Assembly (NCBI GenBank): GCA_934432675.1
Contig: CAKRYT010000004.1
Location: forward strand, 19,570-83,569
DNA: 64,000 bases
Direction of reading: 5' to 3'
DNA from: an uncultured Eubacteriales bacterium
Lineage (GTDB): Bacteria; Bacillota; Clostridia; Oscillospirales; CAG-272
A program made the translations under genes and the position numbers. This document shows positions 26,591 through 34,764 of this stretch, piece after piece (the stretch's first letter is position 1; the number at the start of each line of letters is the position of its first letter). Below the pieces are notes generated by a model. It made no database searches, was not told the origin of the DNA, and worked only from the letters and a program-made list of their open reading frames with translations.

Positions 26591-26621
26591 AACCTCCCGA
26601 CGAAACGTCGGGAGGTTTTTT
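26591..26621 (+). terminator. Rho-independent terminator of the plus-strand operon
   Basis: Stem ACCTCCCGACG / CGTCGGGAGGT, loop AAA, then TTTTTT. It starts 17 nt after the stop at 26574. Confidence 0.85.
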
Positions 26622-26705
26622 ATCGCTTGGGTGAATGCTACTATCAAGTGCGACACTTGACGACAGTATAAATTCACAGGCAATAAAAATAAATTCACCG
26701 GCAAT

Positions 26706-26737
26706 TAAAAAGCAGGGCTGCCTTTTGGCAGCCCTGC
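26706..26737 (-). terminator. Rho-independent terminator of the minus-strand operon
   Basis: On the minus strand, stem GCAGGGCTGCC / GGCAGCCCTGC, loop AAAA, then TTTTTAATT. It lies 28 nt after the stop of the 1,713-aa gene. Confidence 0.85.
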
Positions 26738-26764
26738 GGGTCAGTGCTATCCGGTACCGTCGGC

Positions 26765-29700
26765 TTATGCCTGTTCTTCGGCTGCCGGAGCGGTTGTTTC
26801 GGTAATGGTCGCCACCCCACCGGTGATCGTCACGGTATAGTTCTTCTCGTCGCTGGTTTTCAGCGTATACACGCCGTTCTCCGCGTCGTAGTTGCATTCC
26901 GTAATGAGCAGGATGGTGCTGGTTTCCTTCCCGTCCTTTTCCGTCGTGACGGACATGAGCAGGATTGTGTTATCGGGGAGAACGTCCACGAAGCCCTTGC
27001 CGTCCGCCGTGTACGCGGTGGTCGCCTCAATGACCGTCACCGTCGCGCTCTCAAAGAGCGGTAACGGCTTGTTCTTTTCTTCCGTCGTCTCACCGGACGT
27101 GGTCCCACCGGACGTGGTCCCACCGGACGTGGTCTCACCGGACGTGGTCTCACCGCCCTCTTTCCCGGTGCCCTCTTCCAGGCTGCCGGAAGACTTCTCG
27201 ACGAGCGTCAGCTGATAGTAGTAGGTCTTGGCCCCTTCACCCTCGCCTCTGACGATGTAGTAGATTTTCCCGTTGTTCATGATGATGTTCGAGGCGGGGA
27301 CCTCCGCACCGTCCTTCGTAAGACCGAAGGAGTAGTAAGAGCCTACGGGATACCCGATATCGGACGCGATCACACGGTTAACGGTCACGACATATCCGTC
27401 GTTTGCCGGCACTGTCTCCTCGCGGAGCAATGCATAGATGCTGTACCCGTTCGTTTTGAATGCCGACATCGTTCTGGCCATGAATATCATCGTGTACCGG
27501 TACCCGTCTCCACCCGTGAAGGAGGCCCGATAAACGCCGGAGGCAAGCGGTACGACCTCTGTCTTTTCCAGTTTTTCAATCAGCGTCCCGTCGCTGAGCA
27601 GGAGACTTGCAGACTCACCGAAGGTGGCGTTCATATACCGCTCTTCGACCGAGCCGTCCTGCTTGTAGACGGTGCAGACCGTAATGGTACCGTAGGTGTT
27701 CTTTAACTGGCTCGCGTACTTCGACCCCATCATCGAATAGATGTAGTAGAGATAGTAGAGGTAGGTGTACGAGGGCATCACGTTGATGTTGGAGAGCCCG
27801 GTAACTTCATAGGTGCTCTTGTTCGCGGTCCCGACACCGTCACCCTCGTAGTGAATGGTGATGTCAAAGCGGAAGTTGTACACCATGAAGTACATTTTGG
27901 AAACACCGTCTACGGTCTCTCTGACCACAGTGCAGTCATAGGTATCGTTGCCGATCGTGACCGTGCCGCTGACCGAGAAGTTCTGCCCGCCGGTCGGGGC
28001 AAAGGTCAGAGTGAGCGTCGGCAGGATGTTATCCTTATCCACCTGCACCGGGTAGTAGTCCTTGGTCGCATCCGCACGGACAAAGTTGATGGCAAAGCCG
28101 TCGTTCTTATAGTAGGTATGGTTGCCGTAGGACTTGACGTCGCTCATCTCGCCGAAACTATCATCCTTCACATAACCGTAGCGGTTCTTGTCGGTAGCGT
28201 TCTCGTCGAGGTAATACAGCGTCACGATGTCGTTTTCGTCGACCGTGTAGTAATATTTGACACTGTTGTTGAAGATGGCAAAGCCGTACTGCGTGAACAG
28301 GAGCGAGTCCAGTTCGGTCGTGTAGTACGCGACTGCCTCGTATTCCTGAGGTGTTGCCGTCCCGCGTTCGGTGTCGTAGACGTAGATATATGCCTGCGTG
28401 CCGCTCGTGTTGGCATAATAGAGCAGATGCTCGGTGATGAGTGAGTAGGTACCCGTCTCCACTGCACCGTTCGTGAGATACTTGGTGGCGGAGCCGTCAC
28501 CGTTCAGGCGCAGGACGGACCAGTCTTTTTCGTTGACATACGCGTAAACGACTTCCTCGTGCACGGTGTGGAGAGCATTCAGCGTGTTGCTGCCGCTCGT
28601 CACGGTACCGAACTTCACGGTGATCGTGTGCTCTGCGGCACCGTTCCGGTAGGTGATCGTCGCTCTGTCGCCGTTCACCGTATAGGTGGCGGCGGCGTCG
28701 ACTGCCTCCCGCACGTAATCTTCTCCGTCTTTCACCATACGGAAGATGGTCACGTGACCGAGACCGTCGAACTCTGCATACAACCCGTCAAAGACCTGGT
28801 TGTCGATCATGACGTAGACCCTGCCGTATTCACTACCGCGCAGTGCACAGGTATCGCCCGCGAGGAGGAAGCAGAGGGTCCCCTTGGAAGCGGACAGTTG
28901 CACCTCGTCTCCGTTCTTCTGGTACATACCCATGTACGACTCATGCCCCTCTCCGTCGGAGTAGGTCGCCGCGAGGCCGAAGCCGTCCAGTTTCAGCACA
29001 CCGTCTTTGGTGTTGGTGGAGCGGAAAGTGCCGGCATACGCCGCGTCATAGCGGAAGAAGTATCTGCCGGTCGAGATGTCACGCGTGATGTACTCGAATG
29101 AGTAGAGCGGCGTGTCGGTCCCCTCTTCCGTCAGGTCGGAGGCGAAGGAATAGATCGGGAAACCGGTGAGCGAGGTCCTGCCCGTCTTGGTCTGCGTCCC
29201 GTGGTATGCGGTCGTGGTCTTGTTCTCACCGTCCGTGGTGATGACATAGTAGAAGTAACCCTTTACCGGGTCCTCGACGAGGTACCCCTCCTGAGACACC
29301 TTACCGTCCTTGCCGACCTCATAGTAAGCCGTGGCGGTCTTGTCCGCGACCGTAAAGGTCTTTGCATCGGTATCAAGCGTAAAGTAGCGGTTGCGGTCGG
29401 CGAACGATACCACCGCCACATTCCCGCTCCGCTTGTAAACGCCCAGTTCGGCCTTTTTTCCCTTGATGCGGTAAACGGCAAAGCCGGATACCAGCGTCAG
29501 TTCGCTCCCGTCCGCACCGGTGTACTTCTCGGTGTTGTCCACCGTCTCCACGCCGTCGTTGTAGTTGAACCAGAAGTGGACACTGTACTGCGTAAGGTCG
29601 GAGTTCAGCATCAGGGCGCAGGACTTCACTTTGGAGAAGTCTACCGGCTCTGTAAATACGGGGCTGACGTCGGCGGGTACCGTAAAGGTCTCGGTGACCG

Positions 29701-31906
29701 TCAGGAGGTAGAGTCCGGTCGTTGCGTCGTAGGTCAGCGTGCCCGCGGCGATCTTGTGATACTGCTTTTCTTTGTTGCGGCCGTACACGGTGACCGTCGA
29801 ACGGTCTGCCGTCTCGAACACGAAGAGCGGTGCATAATAGGTGCCTTCGGCATCCTTATAGTAATACTCTGCGTAGTACGCCGAGAGTCTGTCGACGACC
29901 GTAACCTTGGTCGAAGTCGTGCCGCTCTCCGGTTTGTCAGGGTCGACCAGCACGTCCTGCGTCTTGACCGTGAGCATGAACTTGTAGGTCACACCGTTCT
30001 CGGTGAAGGTCAGGATCGTCCCGCCGAAGGCGGAGGTCGCCGTGGTGAAGAAACCGCTGTGTGCGACACCGTCCGTCCCCGTATAGGTGGCGGTCCGGAT
30101 GCCGTCCAGTCGCAGCGTCGAGCCGTCCGTGAGCGTATAGGTAACGTCCATCGCGGCGTTGTAAATCATGTAGCCCAGTTTACCGTTCAACTCCATGAGG
30201 CGGAGTACCCCGGCAACCTTCCCCTGCGAGATCAGGGTGATGGTGCGTGCCTCGGCGTCGTACGTATAATAGATGCTGGTTATACCGGCGGACGGCGAGT
30301 TGTAGGCGGCGATCCCAAAGCCGTTCAGCGTCAGGTCACCGACCGGATTGTCGTTTGCGTCGGTAGAGACGACGATCGTGTCGTTGTCGATGACGAAACA
30401 GTAGATTCTGCCGAGGGCGACTTCCTCCTCGTTCCGCACCTGGAACGCCGTCCGTCTCTCGCCGTTGACCTTGACGGTCCCGACGGCGATGGTCAGCGTC
30501 TTACCGGCGAGCGGGCCGGAGGTAAAGGTCACGACGTAGTTCCCTTCGTCGTCAAAGACGTAGGTACCCGTGGATGCGACGGCAATGCCGTCTGCACTCT
30601 CCTTCTGGGAGTAGGTCACACCGTTTGCGTCGTCGAAGGCAAGATTGATGAGTTCGTTGAGCCCCTTGCCTGCGCCCATCTCGTAGAGCGTCGCGTTGAA
30701 ATCGGCGCGCTTACGGTTCCTGAACAGGAACGTGGTACCGTCGGCGTTCAGTTGTGCAATCGGGAAATCGGCGGGGACGTTGTTGAAGGCGATGGTCGAG
30801 TTCCGGATCCTGCCCTTGAAGTAACGACCGCCGCGGCAAAGGTAGACGACACCTGCCTCTCCCTCTGCAACGTATATCATATCCGCGCCGCCGAAGAGGT
30901 CGGTGTAACCGCGGCTCCACACGGCGTAGAGCGTCACGTTCTCCTCGGGGGTGATCTTCTCGACCTCGGGTGCATCGGCGTTAGCCAGGGCAGCATCCAT
31001 GACGTGAGAATAGTACACCATCTTACCGCCCGGCGTGAGCGACCAGCCTTCCAGGTAGTAGCCCTCCTTCGTATAGGTGACAAAGGGCAGTTCCGTCTCC
31101 ACACCGTAGTACACGTTCGCGGACGTTCTCTGATTTTGGGAGCCGTCCGGGTAGTTGGAGGCGAACGTCAGCGTGCGACCCTCGCGGTCAAAATAGAGGC
31201 GGAACGCGTTTTTCGTCGCGTCGTCCCCGAGCACGAGCTGTGTGACGCTATCGGGCTTGGTCACGGCCGTGAAACCGGTAAAGGTACGTTTTTCCGTCAC
31301 GGCGTCGCCGATATAACCGTATTCCGTGATGAGATCCGCCTCGCGGTCGTAGCCGTCCCGCGTGGTGTTCTGCTTGAACACTTCGATCGTGTACTTGATC
31401 TTGTACTTCGCGACGAGCGTGATGTCTTCATTGCCCATCACGGCATCGGCGGCGAGGGGCTCACCGTCGAGGAGCCACATGCCGAAAAGGCAGTCCGCCT
31501 TTTCGGGTACCAGTGCCGCGATCTTCTCGAAGATGACGTCCCCGGCGGTGAGCGACACCTTTGTCTGTGCGAGGGTGCCGCCGGCAGGATCCAGCGTCAA
31601 CTCATAGAGTTTGTTCCACTTGGCATAAACGGTCATATCCGTCTCCGTCGTAACGGAGGTAATACGCTCGCCGGTGCCGTTCTTGTCCCCGTACCAGCCG
31701 CCGAAGACGTAACCGTCACGCGTCGGCTCCGCGGGAGTGTAGGGTTTCCCCTTCGCAATCTGCGCGACGGTACTCGTCCCGTCGTCGATCACCATAGTGA
31801 GCGATACCGTATCGGTTGCGGGGCCATCCTTCTTGTCACAGGCGACAAGGAGACCGAGCAGCAGTACGAGTACGCTGACCAGCAGGAGCAAATGTGTCTT
31901 TTTCAT
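26765..31906 (-). CDS. Very large lipoprotein (1,713 aa): N-terminal Flg_new repeats plus about 1,250 aa with no domain I can recognise
   Basis: Lipobox LLGLLVAC|DKK. Flg_new-type repeats occupy aa about 31-330 (GYVFGGWYGDKNG...MTVYAKW, ...ITLVAKY, GYYLEGWSL...VTLYAVW). The rest is beta-rich (Tyr/Thr/Gly/Val) with a recurring L-x-L-[DN]-G-x-G-x-A-x-Y motif. A TSG-rich linker precedes a final domain of about 100 aa. Confidence 0.8.
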   Translation of the reverse strand: MKKTHLLLLVSVLVLLLGLLVACDKKDGPATDTVSLTMVIDDGTSTVAQIAKGKPYTPAEPTRDGYVFGGWYGDKNGTGERITSVTTETDMTVYAKWNKLYELTLDPAGGTLAQTKVSLTAGDVIFEKIAALVPEKADCLFGMWLLDGEPLAADAVMGNEDITLVAKYKIKYTIEVFKQNTTRDGYDREADLITEYGYIGDAVTEKRTFTGFTAVTKPDSVTQLVLGDDATKNAFRLYFDREGRTLTFASNYPDGSQNQRTSANVYYGVETELPFVTYTKEGYYLEGWSLTPGGKMVYYSHVMDAALANADAPEVEKITPEENVTLYAVWSRGYTDLFGGADMIYVAEGEAGVVYLCRGGRYFKGRIRNSTIAFNNVPADFPIAQLNADGTTFLFRNRKRADFNATLYEMGAGKGLNELINLAFDDANGVTYSQKESADGIAVASTGTYVFDDEGNYVVTFTSGPLAGKTLTIAVGTVKVNGERRTAFQVRNEEEVALGRIYCFVIDNDTIVVSTDANDNPVGDLTLNGFGIAAYNSPSAGITSIYYTYDAEARTITLISQGKVAGVLRLMELNGKLGYMIYNAAMDVTYTLTDGSTLRLDGIRTATYTGTDGVAHSGFFTTATSAFGGTILTFTENGVTYKFMLTVKTQDVLVDPDKPESGTTSTKVTVVDRLSAYYAEYYYKDAEGTYYAPLFVFETADRSTVTVYGRNKEKQYHKIAAGTLTYDATTGLYLLTVTETFTVPADVSPVFTEPVDFSKVKSCALMLNSDLTQYSVHFWFNYNDGVETVDNTEKYTGADGSELTLVSGFAVYRIKGKKAELGVYKRSGNVAVVSFADRNRYFTLDTDAKTFTVADKTATAYYEVGKDGKVSQEGYLVEDPVKGYFYYVITTDGENKTTTAYHGTQTKTGRTSLTGFPIYSFASDLTEEGTDTPLYSFEYITRDISTGRYFFRYDAAYAGTFRSTNTKDGVLKLDGFGLAATYSDGEGHESYMGMYQKNGDEVQLSASKGTLCFLLAGDTCALRGSEYGRVYVMIDNQVFDGLYAEFDGLGHVTIFRMVKDGEDYVREAVDAAATYTVNGDRATITYRNGAAEHTITVKFGTVTSGSNTLNALHTVHEEVVYAYVNEKDWSVLRLNGDGSATKYLTNGAVETGTYSLITEHLLYYANTSGTQAYIYVYDTERGTATPQEYEAVAYYTTELDSLLFTQYGFAIFNNSVKYYYTVDENDIVTLYYLDENATDKNRYGYVKDDSFGEMSDVKSYGNHTYYKNDGFAINFVRADATKDYYPVQVDKDNILPTLTLTFAPTGGQNFSVSGTVTIGNDTYDCTVVRETVDGVSKMYFMVYNFRFDITIHYEGDGVGTANKSTYEVTGLSNINVMPSYTYLYYLYYIYSMMGSKYASQLKNTYGTITVCTVYKQDGSVEERYMNATFGESASLLLSDGTLIEKLEKTEVVPLASGVYRASFTGGDGYRYTMIFMARTMSAFKTNGYSIYALLREETVPANDGYVVTVNRVIASDIGYPVGSYYSFGLTKDGAEVPASNIIMNNGKIYYIVRGEGEGAKTYYYQLTLVEKSSGSLEEGTGKEGGETTSGETTSGGTTSGGTTSGETTEEKNKPLPLFESATVTVIEATTAYTADGKGFVDVLPDNTILLMSVTTEKDGKETSTILLITECNYDAENGVYTLKTSDEKNYTVTITGGVATITETTAPAAEEQA
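27084..27155 (-). repeat. In-frame 15-nt tandem repeat encoding (E/G)TTSG x4-5
   Basis: The plus strand reads CACCGGACGTGGTC[C/T] four times in a row (27091-27150) with partial units at both ends. The translation is ETTSGETTSGGTTSGGTTSGETT. Confidence 0.9.
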
Positions 31907-31968
31907 CTTTTCTTTTTTCCTAACAAATAGTCACATGACCGGATATGCCGGCCATGCGGAATAACGGG

Positions 31969-34764
31969 TTAATCGATGGGGGTCCACTGCGCCGTGAGTG
32001 TCGTTCCCTCCGCCTGTGCGGAGAGTTCTTCGGTCGTCACCGTGGTGCCGTCCGGGCGCAACCAGCCGCTGAATGTGTAGCCGGGGCGCGTGGGGGAGGC
32101 GATCGGGGCGATAACCTCCGACAGTCTCCTGTCGTTGAGGACCGTCACGCCCGACACGGTCACCGACACAACGTAACCGCCCTCGTCGGCGAGGTCCGCG
32201 TGCAGGACGACCGGACGGTTGGAGGAATTCCAACGCATATTCCAGTCGCTCATGTCCGTTCCGTCCTCCACGTAGAAGGTAGCGTTGTAGCAACCGTAGA
32301 ACGCGTTACCGCCGATTACGGCGACCCCTTTCGGGATGTTCAGTGTCCGCAAGCCGGCGAGCCCCTTGAATGCGTACTTGCCGATGTTCGTGAGCGTCCC
32401 CGGCAGTTGCAGTTCCGTCACGTTTCCGAGACCGTAGAAAGCAAAGTCTCCGATGGTCTCCACGGCTGTGCCGAGCCGCAGGGTCGTGATGGCGGTGCAC
32501 TGATAGAAGGCACTGCCGCCGATCGTCCGCATCGTGTCGGGCAGATCCAGCGATTGCAGGCCCGTACACTTATAGAAGGCATAACTACCGATGCTCTCGA
32601 CACGGTTGCCCAGCGTCACCGTTCGGAGACCCGGGCAGAACGCGAATGCGAGGTTGGGGATTTCCAGCACGGTATCCGGCAGGGTGATGGATTCCAGGGT
32701 CGAGCAGCGATAGAAGGCAGCGTTGCCGATGCTCGCGACCTTGTCGCCGAGGAGGATTTCCCGCAGACTGATGCAGCCGAAGAAGGCGGCATTGCCGATG
32801 GCGAGCCCCTCGGAACTTTCATCCAGCATCATATCGGAGAAGTCCAGTTTCGTCAGCGATTCGCACTTATAGAACGCCGATTGCCCGATGGTTTCGAGGC
32901 AGTAAGGCAGGGTCACCTGCCCGAGCCCCGTGCAATTGTAAAACGTAAAACTTTTCAGTTCGGTGAGGTACTCGTTCAACGTGACCGAGAAAAGGTCGGT
33001 ACAGTTATAGAAGGCGCCCTCGCCGATATAGCGGTACCCGCTCAGATTGGCGAGTGAGCGGAGCGTCGTGCAATCCTTGAATGCGTAGTCGGCGATCCCC
33101 GCCACGTTTCCCGGCTTGTTTTCAGAGAGTGTCACCTCTCCGAGATTGGTATCTTTCTTATAACCGACGACCCAGTTGCCCGCATAGATGACGTTGTTTT
33201 CGTCGGGCGTTTTCCAGAGCCGCGTTTCGGCGAACGCCTGGAAGCCGATGCGCGTGACGGTCTTCGGCACGATGGAGCGCAGGGAGTTGTTCGCGAGTTT
33301 CGTACAACCGTAGAAAACGTAGGCGTCGATCTCCTGCAATCCGTCGTTCAACACCAGTTTGGTGAGTTCCTCACACAGGTTGAAGGCGGACATCTGAATA
33401 CGCAAAAGCCCGTTACCGGCGCGGAATTCCGCCAATTTGGAACATTGCTGGAAGGCGACCATACCCACCGTCTGCACGGATGCGGGCAGCGTCACGGATT
33501 CGAGTTTGGACGCCCGACGGAAGCAGGCATCGGCGATGCCGACCGTGTCGCTGCGGAATCCCGTGGCATCGATCTTGGTATAGGCATCCAGATTTTTCAC
33601 GGCGACCAGCCAACGCCCGGCGTAGACGAAATCCATGGCGGCGGCATAGAGTGCCGTCCCGTTGAACACCTTGGCACCGACGTGCGTCACACTGTCGGGG
33701 ATGGACACGTCGGTAAGTGCCCTGCAATCGTAAAAGCAACTGTCGTCGATGTCGATGACGCCATCGGGGATCACGACACCGTTCAAAAGAATGTCTTTAT
33801 AAAAGCAATGGTTACCGATCTTTTGCAGTGCGCTCCCTTCGGCGAAGGTCACCGAGGTGAGTTTTGCATTGTCACTGAACGCATATTCGCCGAGCGACGT
33901 GACCCCGCGTCCGACGGTGACTCCGGTGAGTTCTGTCATGGCGGAATAGGCATACGGTCCGATACGCACCGTGGCGTCGGGGACCCGCACCTCCGTCAGG
34001 GCGGCACCGGCAAAAGCAGACTCGCCGATGGTTCTGATACCGTCGTGGAGTGTGATCGCCGAGAGTGCCCGACAATAGGTAAAGCAGAAGTCCGGGATGG
34101 CGGAGACCCGCTCGGGGACATTCACCGTTGCGAGTGCGCGACAGCCCTGGAAAGCGGAGACCCCGATGGAGGTCACGCTGTCGGGCAGCGTCACGGAGAC
34201 GAGTTTGGAGCAGTTGTAGAACGCGCTCGCACCGATGGTACGCACCCCGTCTTCAATGACCACGCTCTCAACGTCACGGTTGCCCTTGAAGGCATTGTCC
34301 GCGATGGCGGTCACGGGTTTGCCGCGGTAGGTACCCTCAATGCGGACGTCACCGCCCGCAGTCCCTGCGCGGAGGATCCGATACTCGGAATTGGCGTTAT
34401 AGAGTTCGTAGATACAGCCGGACTCATAGTCGCGGTGGAAGGCGAGCGTACCGGACCACGGCGAGACCTGGTCGTTGTCGGCACCGCCCGTTGCCATCAC
34501 GCGGATTTCGTAGTCACCGACGTCGAGTCCGGAGAGTTTGTATTTGGTCTTCTCCGTCGTGTTCGTAACGGTCTCTCCGCTGCCCAGATTCTTCACCTCT
34601 ACGGTGTAAGACCTCGCGAAGTCCACGGCGTTCCAGGAGAGTTCATTCTCCGCATCGACCGCGAGCCCCGCGGGGGCGTTGAGCCCGTCGCCGCAGGAGG
34701 TCAGCACAAGGAGGAAAACGAGCAGTGTCAGGGTCGTCAGGAACAAGATTTTCATTCGTTTCAT
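31969..34764 (-). CDS. Lipoprotein with Fn3-like domain, BspA-type LRR array and C-terminal Flg_new repeat (931 aa)
   Basis: Lipobox LLVLTSC|GDG. Fn3-like segment APAGLAVDAENELSWNAVDFARSYTVEVKN...GDYEIRVMATG. The LRR array covers aa about 148-810. The C-terminus is PTRPGYTFSGWLRPDG...TLTAQW. The start codon overlaps the upstream vWA gene stop (ATGA, 34761-34764). Confidence 0.85.
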   Translation of the reverse strand: MKRMKILFLTTLTLLVFLLVLTSCGDGLNAPAGLAVDAENELSWNAVDFARSYTVEVKNLGSGETVTNTTEKTKYKLSGLDVGDYEIRVMATGGADNDQVSPWSGTLAFHRDYESGCIYELYNANSEYRILRAGTAGGDVRIEGTYRGKPVTAIADNAFKGNRDVESVVIEDGVRTIGASAFYNCSKLVSVTLPDSVTSIGVSAFQGCRALATVNVPERVSAIPDFCFTYCRALSAITLHDGIRTIGESAFAGAALTEVRVPDATVRIGPYAYSAMTELTGVTVGRGVTSLGEYAFSDNAKLTSVTFAEGSALQKIGNHCFYKDILLNGVVIPDGVIDIDDSCFYDCRALTDVSIPDSVTHVGAKVFNGTALYAAAMDFVYAGRWLVAVKNLDAYTKIDATGFRSDTVGIADACFRRASKLESVTLPASVQTVGMVAFQQCSKLAEFRAGNGLLRIQMSAFNLCEELTKLVLNDGLQEIDAYVFYGCTKLANNSLRSIVPKTVTRIGFQAFAETRLWKTPDENNVIYAGNWVVGYKKDTNLGEVTLSENKPGNVAGIADYAFKDCTTLRSLANLSGYRYIGEGAFYNCTDLFSVTLNEYLTELKSFTFYNCTGLGQVTLPYCLETIGQSAFYKCESLTKLDFSDMMLDESSEGLAIGNAAFFGCISLREILLGDKVASIGNAAFYRCSTLESITLPDTVLEIPNLAFAFCPGLRTVTLGNRVESIGSYAFYKCTGLQSLDLPDTMRTIGGSAFYQCTAITTLRLGTAVETIGDFAFYGLGNVTELQLPGTLTNIGKYAFKGLAGLRTLNIPKGVAVIGGNAFYGCYNATFYVEDGTDMSDWNMRWNSSNRPVVLHADLADEGGYVVSVTVSGVTVLNDRRLSEVIAPIASPTRPGYTFSGWLRPDGTTVTTEELSAQAEGTTLTAQWTPID
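32330..34325 (-). repeat. BspA-type LRR coding array (approximate bounds)
   Basis: Units such as VTLPDSVTSIGVSAFQGCRALATVNVPERVSAIPDFCFTYCRALSAITL, read from the translation. Confidence 0.7.

Noticed and set aside
26765-31906. The Tyr/Asp/Gly-rich 1,713-aa protein as an Rhs/YD-repeat toxin.
   Set aside because: It lacks the regular YD-repeat consensus (G-x3-R-Y-x-Y-D-x2-G-R-L), an Rhs core/PxxxxDPxGL cleavage motif, a C-terminal toxin domain and an adjacent immunity gene. It has a lipobox and Flg_new repeats typical of surface proteins.
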